The translations under genes and the position numbers were made by a program. From positions 62,001-126,000 of the forward strand of contig JAQGDQ010000465.1 of assembly GCA_030141605.1 (NCBI GenBank): 64,000 nt of DNA, given 5' to 3'. Under the pieces are notes generated by a model. That model had not been told where the DNA came from. It ran no database searches and saw nothing but the letters and a program-made list of their open reading frames with translations. Positions within the stretch are counted from its first letter, which is position 1. Each line of letters begins with the position of its first letter. Shown here piece after piece: positions 1-12,327 of the stretch. The DNA is from Tubiluchus corallicola (taxonomy: Eukaryota; Animalia; Priapulida).

Positions 1-821
1 ATAGACACATGTGATTGACTGTCAGTTTTATGATGTTCATTTCGTATACTTCTTGTTCTTGTTTCTATTTGTTAATAGATTTGCAAGCCATCTTATATGT
101 GATAATTCGTGTGCATTTGCAATTTCATGACAAATTAGACTTAGACTTTTTGGATTCGTTGAGTTTTAGCTGAGTTTAAAACACAAAAAATGCTATTATG
201 ATAAGCCTTTCTAATGCATGTAAACATGATTATTGATGAGAGTACTTTCGTTATACATTAGTTTTATCTTTGTAAAACTTCATCAGAATGAACCATTGTT
301 CTTTTTCTTCATAATGTTTTGTTTCAAGAGTTTTTAATCATCGTAGTAAGCTGAACTTACCTTTTGGGCTTCCGTGTGAGTCATTGAAAAATAAAACTAG
401 TAACGACCACAGAATTATCCGCTTCTCTAGACTAGTAATGCCCATTCTTAAACTGTCTGCTCAGTACTCGGTAAGTGTTTTGGTAGGTGCATTTAATGTG
501 CTGCCTAGGACTTTTCGGTACGAATCATGAACTTGCCCGATTTATACGTAATAGCTAAGCAGTTGTGTTTTGTCATAAACTTTTGATGAATTTCCATGGT
601 TTTGGAAGACTTTCTGCTGATGTGTTACGATTGCTTCCATTTATTTCATCAATATTTTATTTTTCAGAAGTGAAGCACTTACTGACGTTACTATGTGCAG
701 ACTAACGGCCATTTATTTCATTGATTTTTATTTCTCAAATGTTAAGCACTTCCTGGTGTTATTATGCACAGACTAGCACCCTAATGAAATTTCATTAACC
801 CTTTTCTTAATCTCGTTGTAG

Positions 822-3800
822 GGTTGTTACGTGCCAGCAGAGAGTTGTGCGCTTACCCCCGTAGATCGAATATTCACTCGGTTAGGAGCAACAGATCATA
901 TCATGTCAGGTATACACCTTTTTTTTGCCTTTTATGGAATGTCTTCCAAGCCGTACCTGTTGGATTGCAGTTTATTTTAAGATGCTGCCAAATGAGAATT
1001 CCAAAAATGCTTTGTTGTCTCAGCTGTCGGGAGCGGAGTAGGACACTAGCCGAAGTAGGACAATTGCTATACATGGGCTGGGCCAAGTAGGACGCGTTGT
1101 GCAGGGGCTGCCCAACTAAAACACTAAAGACAGGTCATGAATTGTATTGTTAACTGTAGTGGCAGCATCTGATGTGTTTGTTTATTTAATAATAATAATT
1201 GAAACTATGAATAATTTATTATACATCAGATAAAGCACAAGAATCTTATTCGCAAAATGAGCAATATTAAATTTGGCTTCGAAATTAATCTTTTTGAAGT
1301 GAAATAAGCCCGCTTTTTAGGCAATTCCAACATCTCGGACAAAGAATTGTTTTTTACTAAATAAACTGTCTAGCGAGCCATGTGCCCTACATGGGCTAGC
1401 GAGCCATGTGCCCTACATGGGCTGGCGAGCTATGTGCGCTACATGGGCTGGCGAGCCATGTGCCCTACATGAGCTGGCGAGCCATGTGCCCTACATGAGC
1501 TGGCGAGCCATGTGCCCTACATGGGCTGGCGAGCTACGTGCCCTACATGGGCTGGCGAGCTACGTGCCCTACATGGGCTGGCGAGCTACGTGCCCTACAT
1601 GGGCTGGCGAGCTACGTGCCCTACATGGGCTGGCGAGCCATGTGCCCTACATGGGCTGGCGAGCTACGTGCCCTACATGGGCTGGCGAGCCATGTGCCCT
1701 ACGCAGGCTAGCGAGCCATGTACTGTCGCTTGGTATACAAGAGACTGAGCCATTTACCTCTCTATTACAATACTGTTTGGATTATTGAAATTAATTGTCT
1801 TTGCCTTTCCCTAAATGTTCAAAACTTGCTTTTTCGTGCTGTGAAGGCTTATTAGCATTTGTTTCATTTCTAAACTTGTGAGAGAAATTGCCAGTGCCCT
1901 ACCTGGGCTGCCAATGTAACATCTTTGAGTTTGTTTCCATGGTAACGTCCTTGAGTTTGTTTCCACGGCAACATCTTTGAGTTTGTTTCCACGGTAACGT
2001 CCTTGAGTTTGTTTCCAGGCGAAAGTACGTTTTTTGTTGAGTTGAGCGAGACATCGAGCATCCTACAGCATGCGACCCGACATTCGTTAGTCTTGCTAGA
2101 TGAATTGGGTATGTATGTATGTAGTGAGTTATTAATGATATTATAATACTGCATCTCCAAACACGTTACGTAGGCTTTATTTGGAGACAAATTTCGCTCC
2201 TTTAACTCGTTCAGCTAAATGTTTGCTGCATTGTGCCTGGGTTCAAGAAAAACTGCTGTTACTAAGTAGCAATTATGTTATCTTTGATAATTTTTGTAAG
2301 TTTCTACTCCTCACTCAATAGGCTTTTATGCAAATTTATATATGACATGTGTTTGCTTACCTTAGACAAATTAAAAATCGGTTTTTGATGAAAAAGTTGA
2401 AAGAAGCTCTCAGTAGCTGCAATGTTTGCACCGTAACAATGTACAGTATCACTTGTGTGAAATGAATTAATGCAGAAAATTTCAACTATACCACATACAA
2501 CACTCTGATTCACTTTGGCCTCAAGTCTGTTCTATTTTTAAGGAGGAATTCCTGTTAAAATATGAAACGACCTTAATTTCTCCGTAGATTATTGGTTGGT
2601 TTTTCCTGAAACTCTGTACAGCAGTCTGTTCTCTTGGGTTGTAGCAAGCAGGCTATCAATAAAATCATGTGTACGATCACGCAACGGTACACCAGACTAA
2701 GCTACTCGATAGGCTAAGTTGGAGTGCCTGCTTTTCTTAATTCTATCCAATTAAATCACTTATAAATGTCTACATCAGAGGTGTGCAAATTATCTGACTA
2801 GCCGGGCCACATTAAACTTTCCCGCGGGCCACAGGCAGTTTGATCAAGGAGCCAAGTACAGAAACGCCTAATAATGATTTTTTTGCATCCGACCTGCGTA
2901 CATCATTACTACTACATTCAAGAAACTATTTTAGAAGTTATTCAAATTGATATTACAAACCATATATTTCTACTTTCAGGACAGATAGTGGTAATTTCAT
3001 TACAATGCATATTAGTAATGTGTATCACACAGTCTGTGTAGTACAGTGACATTAAGCTACAACCGTCTTGTAAGGGTTAATGGCATCCGATCTAGTAGAA
3101 AAAACTACCCGCACTATCTTTGGGATCGTGGCACGGACTTCAGCTGGATACACTCAATTAATCGCCAGGGCCGCACTTTCATTAGGTTGACAAATCTCTT
3201 CGCGGGCCGCACAAATTCTCTCGGCGGACCGCAATTTGCACACCCCTGGTCTAAACAAATAACACTGTTGGATGGACGAGATTTTCCTGAATAGAACAGT
3301 ACCTAATTTGCAATCACTTAGTTATATGAAAACTCTGAAAATAGCTGAAAACTCATATGTGTTATAGGATCTATTCTGAGTGGTGCGTTCCTGAAGGAGT
3401 TGGGCAAGTTAACTGTTTGTCTTGTATTCATTTACATTTCACAAGATTAACTCTCCTAAATCATTTAATAGGAAATTTTATTTTAACTGGGTAATGTTGC
3501 TTAAGGAGATAACATGGAACGTTTCATAGGTTTAATCATTGCTTTAATATTTGAACTTGTTAATATCCAGGTCGTGGAACGGCTACGTATGACGGAACAG
3601 CGATTGCCTGTGCAGTGGTGCAAGACCTGTCACGACGCGTTCAATGTCGCACGCTCTTCTCAACTCATTACCACACGCTCGTTGAAGAATTCTCCACAGA
3701 TTCTAACGTATCTCTTGGTCACATGGTGCGTTATACTTGCTGCCTTTATTAAACTGTGCTTAGTTGAGTCACGTTGCTGTAAACTAGCTACATTGTGTTG

Positions 3801-6800
3801 TCAGTGCAAGCACATTGCTATTTAGACTTCAGCACTGACATGCATTTTCACTGAAAAAAATCTTTAACCGTTGATTAAGTAAATATCTATCTCAAATAGT
3901 CACCTCTTTCAATAAGCCTTTTCATAGTTCCAGTGATTAATGATGAACGTGAAAAGGTCAAAGGTTAAGTGTACCAAACAAAGCCTCGCAACCCATGCTA
4001 TTGTATTAATAACAGTTTTAACAGCTAGCTAGAACCTTAGTTCATTTTTTCTTGTTCCCAAGCAAGATTCTCCTAGTAAATCACTACTCTATGCACAGAG
4101 TGTATAGTTAAGTAAAGTCCAAACAACTGAAGTATCTGTAAAACAACTGAAGTTACTGAACTGGTGTGGCAGGCGGCTTTGCTTTACTCACACGTCACTT
4201 GCCGGTTGTAGTTAAGATGCATTGTGGTGGTACACTTAACCTTTGACCTATAGCAACTGCATGTGCACACAAATGAAGTGTGAAAAGGCTTATTGTTTTG
4301 TGTTTCTTTCTTGCATGACCTGTATGTGACCAAATTGCTTGTTTTATTGGTTAATTGATTGTTTAATTTATTTTACTCTTGATATAAGTCGGTCAATGTC
4401 GTTACAACAAACATGCCTATATGTACTTCACAATTATTTACTCAGCTATTACAATATTTACGGCAATATAAACAGGAGGTGTGTTTAAATGTGATGAGTG
4501 TTTGTAGGCATGCATGGTGGAGAACGAGAACGAAGACGACGTCACTCAAGAAACCATTACGTTCCTATACAAGTTCATTAGCGGAGCGTGTCCAAAGAGT
4601 TACGGGTTCAATGCTGCTAAACTTGCGGGAATACCAGATGAGGTGAGGCTGTGTTGTGAATTATCTTCTCTGCATTTTTAATCTGCTATTGTTAACAGAA
4701 CGCAAACCATTGTTTTTGCATCATTTTTGTTGGCATGGACTCATAATATAACTGCAAAACCGATGCGGTAAAGGCTGAGATAATGGTATCGATAAAATCT
4801 GGAAAATTAGTGTAAAGTGCTCAGTCAACGCATGAGTAAATCGTGCTCGACCAGACATAGTCAAGTGTGAAGAGTAATTTGTTGCAGCCAACATATGAGT
4901 AAATTGCACCCCAGCAGACATAGTCAAGTGGGAAGGGTAATTTGTTACAGCCAACATATGAGTAAATTGCACCCCAGCAGACATAGTCAAGTGTGAAGGG
5001 TAATTTGTTACAGCCAACATATGATGAGTAAATTGCACTCGACCAGACATAGTCAAGTGTGAAGGGTAATTTGTTGCAGCCAACATATGAGTAAATTGCA
5101 CCCCAGCAGACATAGTCAAGTGGGAAGGGTAATTTGTTACAGCCAACATATGAGTAAATTGCACCCCAGCAGACATAGTCAAGTGTGAAGGGTAATTTGT
5201 TACAGCCAACATATGATGAGTAAATTGCACTCGACCAGACATAGTCAAGTGTGAAGGGTAATTTGTTACAGCCAACATACGAGTAAATTGCACCCCAGCA
5301 GACATAGTCAAGTGTGAAGGGTAATTTGTTACAGCCAACATACGAGTAAATTGCACTCGACCAGACATAGTCAAGTGTGAAGGGTAATTTGTTGCAGCCA
5401 ACATACGAGTAAATTGCACCCCAGCAGACATAGTCAAGTGGGAAGGGTAATTTGTTACAGCCAACATATGAGTAAATTGCACTCGACCAGACATAGTCAA
5501 GTGTGAAGGGTAATTTGTTGCAGCCAACATATGATGAGTAAATTGCACTCGACCAGACATAGTCAAGTGTGAAGGGTAATTTGTTACAGCCAACATATGA
5601 TGAGTAAATTGCACTCGACCAGACATAGTCAAGTGTGAAGGGTAATTTGTTACAGCCAACATACGAGTAAATTGCACCCCAGCAGACATAGTCAAGTGGG
5701 AAGGGTAATTTGTTACAGCCAACATATGAGTAAATTGCACTCGACCAGACATAGTCAAGTGTGAAGGGTAATTTGTTGCAGCCAACATATGATGAGTAAA
5801 TTGCACTCGACCAGACATAGTCAAGTGTGAAGGGTAATTTGTTACAGCCAACATATGATGAGTAAATTGCACTCGACCAGACATAGTCAAGTGTGAAGGG
5901 TAATTTGTTACAGCCAACATATGATGAGTAAATTGCACTCGACCAGACATAGTCAAGTGTGAAGGGTAATTTGTTACAGCCAACATACGAGTAAATTGCA
6001 CCCCAGCAGACATAGTCAAGTGGGAAGGGTAATTTGTTACAGCCAACATATGAGTAAATTGCACTCGACCAGACATAGTCAAGTGTGAAGGGTAATTTGT
6101 TGCAGCCAACATACGAGTAAATTGCACCCCAGCAGACATAGTCAAGTGGGAAGGGTAATTTGTTACAGCCAACATATGAGTAAATTGCACCCCAGCAGAC
6201 ATAGTCAAGTGGGAAGGGTAATTTGTTACAGCCAACATATGAGTAAATTGCACCCCAGCAGACATAGTCAAGTGTGAAGGGTAATTTGTTACAGCCAACA
6301 TACGAGTAAATTGCACTCGACCAGACATAGTCAAGTGTGAAGGGTAATTTGTTGCAGCCAACATACGAGTAAATTGCACTCGACCAGACATAGTCAAGTG
6401 CGAAGTGTTAATTAGGTACGAGCACTTTGCACACTGTCAGCCTGCTTTGAATACTTTGCATGCATTATTAAACTGTGCTGACCAGCGGTCAAGTACGTGG
6501 TCATCATGCTCGCGGAATTGAATCTGGGTTCGCTGAACTCATTAGAACTTGTTTTTCATCATAAAAGAAGTTAAAATGCCCGTAAGTCTCAGAAAATCCT
6601 TTATTTTTTCCGGAGCTTTCGTCCTCTCGGAGTTCATCAGCTGCAAAGAAAGATACAATAATAAAAATTGCAAATGAAACTACATATAAAATAAAGGAGT
6701 CTATTACCTAATAAAATATGTAGTTTCATATGTATTTTTTTTATTATTGTATCTTTCTGTGCAGCTAATGAGGTCAAAGGACGAAAGCTTCTGAAGAAAA

Positions 6801-8886
6801 AATGAAGAATTTATGAGTATTTTAATTTCTCCTTTTACGATTATGACCACGGCAAATCTCAGGTCTTGTTTTGTTATACAGCATGATTCCCCTAAGTTCC
6901 CATCTCTAACTTTAGCATGAGCTAAACAAAGCTTTTTCTACTTATTTTACGGAATTAAATCCATTATTGCACAGAGTTTTACGTTTTTTTATTCGCTTTG
7001 TTTATTATTCACTTTGTATATTATTCACTTTGTATATTATTCACTTTGTATATTATTCACTTTGTTTATTATTCACTTGGTTTATTATTCACTTTGTTTT
7101 TTTATCCAGATTATCAAAAAGGGACACGAAAAAGCTCGCGAATTTGAGCAGTCGGCTGCGAGGTTGAAGCTTTTCCGGTAATTATCTCCAAATTAATTGC
7201 GACAATCATCACAAATAAAAACATTATAAAGAAATGATTTAAAGAGCAACTTTTTAAAATCTCAAATGCGAGAGGGAAAGAGAGTAACGTCAGGAGTAAC
7301 TTCATTTTATGTGATTTTAATTATGCAGTGAATGTAACTACAGTCTAGCCTCGTTATCTCACCCCTCGTTATGCCGCCAAACTCGTCTCTCGCCATAGAA
7401 AGTACCAGGACGGATTTCCTGTTTTGATATTTACCTCGTTAAGTCGCCACTCTCGCTTCTCGCCCTCGTCACGTCATGCTAGGATGAGTGCTTATGTGAA
7501 CTATATTCGTTATGTCGCCAAACAGCAAACTCAGAGGTGAATCGATCAATACATGTACTGCGTGTCGATCAATATAACCGCGGTATGTAGACAATGTTAC
7601 TGTACTCGATAGACAGAGACATAATTAATCTAGTGTGTGTCTCATTTTTGACATTTTTCATTTCTGATTTAATGTTGATTGCTATCATAATGCGAAATAT
7701 ATTTTATATGTACATAGAGGAACACTATGTTAATCAACTATTATGTATATACATATAGACTAACTTCGTTATATTCCCGTTATCTCGCCATACTCGCCTC
7801 TCGCCAAAAATTTGCCCTAGATGGACAGTGGCGAGATAACGAGGCTAGACTGTACAACTGATTTATTATTAGTAAACATGATATGAGGTGAAATAAAAAG
7901 CCTATTAAGCTGCCGTAGACACGAGAACCTACTTACGTTAACAGGTAACACAAAGTGTTTACTGTTCCACCATTACATATAAAAAGTTTTTTGTCTGTAT
8001 AATTAACTCCTTCGGAACTGGACCATTCAAAATAGGTCTTATAAGACCTATGATGTTTCTGCTGCTGTATGAGCACAGACATAGCTAAATGATTACAAAT
8101 TGGACACTGTTCTATTCAGGGGAATATTGGTTATCCAATCATGCTATTTATATAAATATTTATAAGTGATTTAATTGGATAAAATTAAGAAAAACACACC
8201 CTCTTTGGGCACTCCAACTTGGCCTATTGAGTAGCTTAGTCTCAGTGTACGCTTGCATGATCGTACACATTACTGATTGCGTGTTTGTCACAGCCCAGGT
8301 TGTGTAGTGTTCTGCTGCTATTCCAGGAAAAACCAACCGATCAGCAAAGGACAAATTAAGATCGCTTCATCTTTTAGCATGAATTTCTCCTTAAAAATAG
8401 ATTAGACTTGAGTCTAAGTGTATCTGAATGTTGTGTCTCAATGGTTGAAATTTTCTGCCTTAGCCGAGTTCACACAAGTGATACTGTACTTTGTTACAAT
8501 GCAAACGCTGCAGTTAGTAAAAGATTTTTTCAATTTTTTTCTTCAAAAATCAATTTTTATTTTGTCTAAGGTAAGCAATTAGATTTCGTATATATTTTAG
8601 CCAGAAAATCCATTTTATACGAAGTAGAAACCTGCAAAAATTATCAAATATAACGTAATCGTTATTTAATGAGGGCAATTTTTCATGAACGCGTGCAAAA
8701 CTCAGCAGATGCTTATGGTCCCGAAGGAGCCGTTTTGTATCCCAGCATAAAATTCCCGAATCGTCCATGCTGAATCAAAAAGTTGTATTTATTAATAATT
8801 CTTTTCATTTTTACAGGCAATTGTTTACGCTGGACAGCATATCTCTTCCTACTCTGAAAACAATGCAGACTTTAATTGAGGCTTAA
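822..8886 (+). CDS. MSH6: DNA mismatch repair protein MSH6, last six coding exons (5' part lies upstream of the window)
   Basis: Exons 822-909, 2019-2108, 3571-3725, 4508-4642, 7110-7177, 8817-8886 (606 nt, GT-AG, phases consistent) translate to [72 protein letters not shown]...[10 protein letters not shown]...LGHMACMVENE...[29 protein letters not shown]...[10 protein letters not shown]...IEA*. This is the MutS ATPase domain with an MSH6-type C-terminus. Confidence 0.95.
1373..1721. repeat. 26-bp minisatellite (GCGAGCCATGTGCCCTACATGGGCTG), about 13 copies, MSH6 intron
   Basis: Direct tandem copies visible; they explain ORFs 1408-1788 and 1512-1748. Confidence 0.9.
1916..2018. repeat. 26-bp tandem repeat (4 copies) ending at an MSH6 splice acceptor
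   Basis: YTTGAGTTTGTTTCCA(T/C/C/G) units; the last unit ends in CCAG at 2018. Confidence 0.85.
2206..3399 (-). mobile_element. TTAA-type (piggyBac-like) MITE, interrupted by a hAT MITE
   Basis: Reverse-complement homology to 18787-19514 on both sides of the hAT insert; ends TTAA-CTCGTTCAG and CCTGAAGGAG. Confidence 0.7.
2776..3248 (+). mobile_element. hAT (Buster/Charlie-like) MITE, family A
   Basis: TIRs CAGAGGTGTGCAAATT / AATTTGCACACCCCTG; degenerate 8-bp TSD GTCTACAT/GTCTAAAC; near-identical to the 37262 and 51200 copies. Confidence 0.85.
3911..4294. mobile_element. MITE with TIR AATAAGCCTTTTCA and internal inverted repeat GGTCAAAGGTTAAGTGTACCA
   Basis: Terminal and subterminal inverted repeats visible; second copy at about 52394-52767. 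Confidence 0.7.
4833..6400. repeat. 60/63-bp minisatellite, about 26 copies, MSH6 intron
   Basis: Unit GAGTAAATTGCAC(TCGAC/CCCAG)CAGACATAGTCAAGTG(T/G)GAAGGGTAATTTGTT(A/G)CAGCCAACATA(T/C), with an optional 3-nt insertion. Confidence 0.95.
6495..6852. mobile_element. Foldback/palindromic MITE-like element
   Basis: Arms such as GCTTTCGTCCT...CAGCTGCAAAGAAAGATACAATAATAAAAA...ATGAAACTACATAT are mirrored across a centre near 6700. Confidence 0.65.
6988..7098. repeat. 16-bp tandem repeat (TATTATTCACTTTGTW), about 7 copies, just before an MSH6 acceptor
   Basis: Direct tandem copies ending about 10 nt before the AG at 7109. Confidence 0.85.
7341..7852. mobile_element. Tc1/mariner-pogo (Tigger-like) MITE
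   Basis: Perfect 20-bp TIR CAGTCTAGCCTCGTTATCTC flanked by TA on both sides; subterminal CGTTATNTCGCC repeats. Confidence 0.88.
8007..8729 (+). mobile_element. TTAA-type (piggyBac-like) MITE
   Basis: TTAA-CTCCTTCGG...CCGAAGGAG; colinear with 18787-19514; right TTAA not retained. Confidence 0.75.
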
Positions 8887-9461
8887 TGGTACTGAAGACA
8901 TCTTGTGATTTTCCACTAATTCTCCAGTCAATAGAAGTGATGTTACTGCACTGATGAATTAAAAGTGATGAAATCATCTAGTCTGTCTGGTTTTTATCAA
9001 ATCCTTGTGACATGCCCTGTCATCTAGTGGCAAGTTTTATCAGTAATTGAACTTCACGTTAAAGAGTCATGGACTGGGCCTCTCGCCTGTTTCTTTAAGC
9101 ATCCGGCATTGTTATGCACAACAATAATGAACAAAAAAAATTTATTTTGTTTATTGCCACAATTTAGTTAAGTAAACTTTAATGTTTTTTTTTATAAGTT
9201 AATTTATAGTCCTGCAACTAGGTCAACTCGGCTAGCTTGCAACTCAAATAAAGCTCTTGTGTTTCGATCCAGAATATGATACTTTGTAGAATATTATTTG
9301 TACATTGATTTTTCACCAATATCATTAACTCTTGAGCTGTTGTACAGTCACAAAATGTTTAAAATAAATACAGTATTCTTTTAGTTTTTCTAGAAAAGGG
9401 TGTTCAGGAAAATTTGTATGAAAAAAGGGTATAATTATATATTGGCCAGTTATACGGTATG

Positions 9462-9869
9462 CAGGGCTGTGAAGTTAGTGTCGGAGTCAGGACTCGGGAG
9501 TACACTTATTGTTAGAGGAGTCGGTAAAAAATAGACAAACTCAAACTCCAGCAGTTACTTTTAATGCATTTATGCATAATGTACCATTTTGGGACGCTTG
9601 CATATTGGTGTCTATGCAGCTAGACTGTTTTTCGAGCATAAGAATTAGTGATGAAATGCCACTGTAGCTAAATATTAAGAATACTGCAAACTATTACTTA
9701 AAGGCAGGATTTTAGGAGTCCGAGTCGGAATTAGATCTTAAATTTTACGACCCGGAGTCACAGTTGGAGTTGGATCTAAAATTTTAAGAGCCAGAATCAG
9801 AGTTCGAGTTGGATCTTCTAAAATTCTAGGAGTCAGAGTCAGTGTTAATGTACTGACTCCACAGCCCTG
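9462..9869. mobile_element. hAT-like MITE with GGAGTC subterminal repeats
   Basis: TIR CAGGGCTGTG / CACAGCCCTG; many GGAGTC(G/A)GAGT units; no clear TSD. Confidence 0.65.
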
Positions 9870-9889
9870 CACTACGTTGATGATGGGAG

Positions 9890-10070
9890 AATACAGTGGC
9901 CTAGTAGTCTAAGGTGTCTGCCTTGTAAGCAGCATAGGGTCCCTGGTTCAAATCCAGGTTGTATTCCAACTTTTCACATTTCTGTTATTTTCCTATCTTT
10001 TACATTTCCAGTCTTTCAAATTTGGCACCAAAATTTAATTAATCAGGGGTTGTATCATAATTAATTAACA
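9890..10070 (+). mobile_element. tRNA-derived (SINE-like) repeat
   Basis: A box-like TGGCCTAGTAGTCTAAGG, anticodon-like arm CTGC-CTTGTAA-GCAG, B box GGTTCAAATCC; diverged copies near 33795, 33993, 41120 and 43150. Confidence 0.6.
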
Positions 10071-10509
10071 GTATAATTGTAATTATCTTTTCATCTGTAA
10101 CTGAATCGACATCAAATGTACAAGATATCTTTGTCTGGACAAAAATTAAAAATAGCAAACCCAAAAAATTGAAATCCACTTATAATGTGGATTGTTATAA
10201 TGAGCCTGTGGTCACGTCGAATCTTAGACTTTAATAATGTGTTTAATGTTTGCTTACAGCGAGGCCAGATATTATGAGATTTTGCTTTTTACAAAGAAAT
10301 TTTCCGGCCAGGTGATTGCATTTACCATGGATATAACGAGTGTGAATTCTAAAACAGTGGACATTCACCAAGGGCAAAAATGTGGAGATCAATTTATTAA
10401 TCTCGCATAAAACAAAGTGTTATACTGTATTATCAACAAGTACAGCATAATGATGTGGACATGCTGGTGAGTCATAGTTGAAAGTGTGCCATGATTGTAA
10501 CTTAGACAT

Positions 10510-10770
10510 TAGGGGTGAGCATCGAGCGTTGAAATTAAATTTGAATGTTCGATTTGAATACTTCAGCACTTCAGTTCACTATCATTAAAATGTTTGAAAC
10601 AGCATGCAATGTAGCTGCAGTTTCTTTGTATGATCTTTGTAAGACCAGTTTTTACTAGTGGTTTGAAAATCTTTCAAACTCAGATACTGAAATTCAGTTC
10701 GATTTGTATTTGAAAGTCACAAAATCTATTCGATTCGAATTCGCTTTCTGGTTGAGAATGTTCACCCCTA
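10510..10770. mobile_element. hAT MITE (TAGGGGTGAGCAT TIR)
   Basis: TAGGGGTG...CACCCCTA with 8-bp TSD TTAGACAT/TTAGACAG and TTCGA subterminal repeats; relatives at about 16470-16667 and 49563-49750. Confidence 0.7.
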
Positions 10771-12327
10771 TTAGACAGAACAAAGTGAGTAGGATGTCGT
10801 AGACAGAAAAAGAGCCGGTTCGTCAACACGTTAGCTTGAATGATGCAATTCAAGCCTTTTCTAAGCTTTTTAAGCCAGCAACAGATAATACCTTTCAAAA
10901 CTTGATATCTCTTTCTAATAAAGCCGTAGTACAATTTCATGTGACTAGGTAACAGTAATGGAGCTTTTTAAAATTGTTCTGTTTTGGAACATGAATAATT
11001 TTGTGGTTTTTCAAATTTTAATTTTTAATAAAGATGTTTTTTATCTAGCCAGGATGTAGATTTAGTTCTTAGGTGATGCAGATTCATGATGAAATGCCCA
11101 TAATCAGTTATACTGCGACTGCTACATATTTAAATAAAAACTAGTGTCAATGTTTCAGCCCACGCGTGCATCCATGGTCTTGCTCTGACATTTAAATGAT
11201 ACAACACCCACACAAAACACACTCACCTATCAGCAGACATCGTCACGTATGAATCACAGCAGTGGTCTGGGAAAACTTGCGCAGGGTGATTTTTGCAGAA
11301 ATTTATTGCGCAAAAAAATTCTGCCTTAATGCCAGAAATAACTATAAGTTTACTCTTTTGCAATAAAATAGTTGTTGAACAGTGCTACTCAGTAAAAAAA
11401 ATTGTTCCAAAAGCGCCCTTTCCATTTCTACAATCATATCAGCCTTATAAGGCTTCATACCTTGTACAAACACTCAAACAAATGACCTCGCCTATAACGA
11501 GACTTGGTTATAGCGAGCAAATTTTCATTCACGGTTCCTTGAAACTCATAAACGTATTGTAGTGTACCTGTAAATCCTATAATAACAATACGTAAGAACT
11601 GCAGAATCTGTCGTGAAAAACCCATTTGCAATGTTAACCAAACCATTCTTAACAATCTGCTAAAACAAGACCTGGCCCCTCCCTCCCCATGGAGCTACCC
11701 ACTTTCTACATACATAAACAATAAAGTAAACAACCACTCTCATTACATTAACAAGTTATTAGGCTGTTGAAACATTTGGGCTCTCTATTGATTTCAAAGC
11801 AAATGTACAAACGTGTGTGTCGCAAATGAGCTTTCGTATAATAACAGAAAAGTAATATGGCATAATTGCTGTCTGCTATGAAATGTTTGCGTAATCTTCC
11901 ATTAAGGTCGTGTGATGTTGCCCTATATATGAGCATCTCTTATTTTCTCCTGGGTAGAACTAATTTCATTCGTGAGTGGTGCTGCATCAGTTGGATATTG
12001 ACTGGAGGATGTAGACGATCATTTATTCTTAATGAAATTGGTTCAATAAATGATGACGTGAATTTTATTTGTTTTCTCGGCGAGATGTTTTGTCAACAAA
12101 ACGGGATCGTTGGCTTCGCATACTAGTCGCTCGACGATGTACAAGGTTCCAGCAGGACGGGTGAAGGAAGCCAAGTGTTGTGATGACCAAACCTGGGATC
12201 AAAGAGTTATCGAGAAAAAGTTCAAAGCAGAATGCAAAATGTTGAGAAATGCGGCTATTTGGGAGGGAAAAGCAAATAAGAAAGTAATGTCCACGTGATT
12301 GTGTCTCGCTTGAACAGAAATGGACTC

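Noticed and set aside
1408-1788. Repetitive ORFs of 126 and 78 aa
   Set aside because: They are products of the 26-bp minisatellite in an MSH6 intron.
3046-3294. 82-aa ORF nearly duplicated at 51156-51398
   Set aside because: Both lie in copies of the same hAT MITE and show no transposase motifs; the similarity reflects the repeat.
4833-6400. CRISPR-like appearance of the long regular arrays (also 31965-33283 and 57190-57621)
   Set aside because: Units are contiguous with no unique spacers, no cas genes are present and the context is eukaryotic introns. These are minisatellites.
9890-9970. Functional tRNA gene (anticodon loop CTTGTAA)
   Set aside because: No convincing acceptor stem, and the flanks are shared with other diverged copies; treated as a tRNA-derived repeat.
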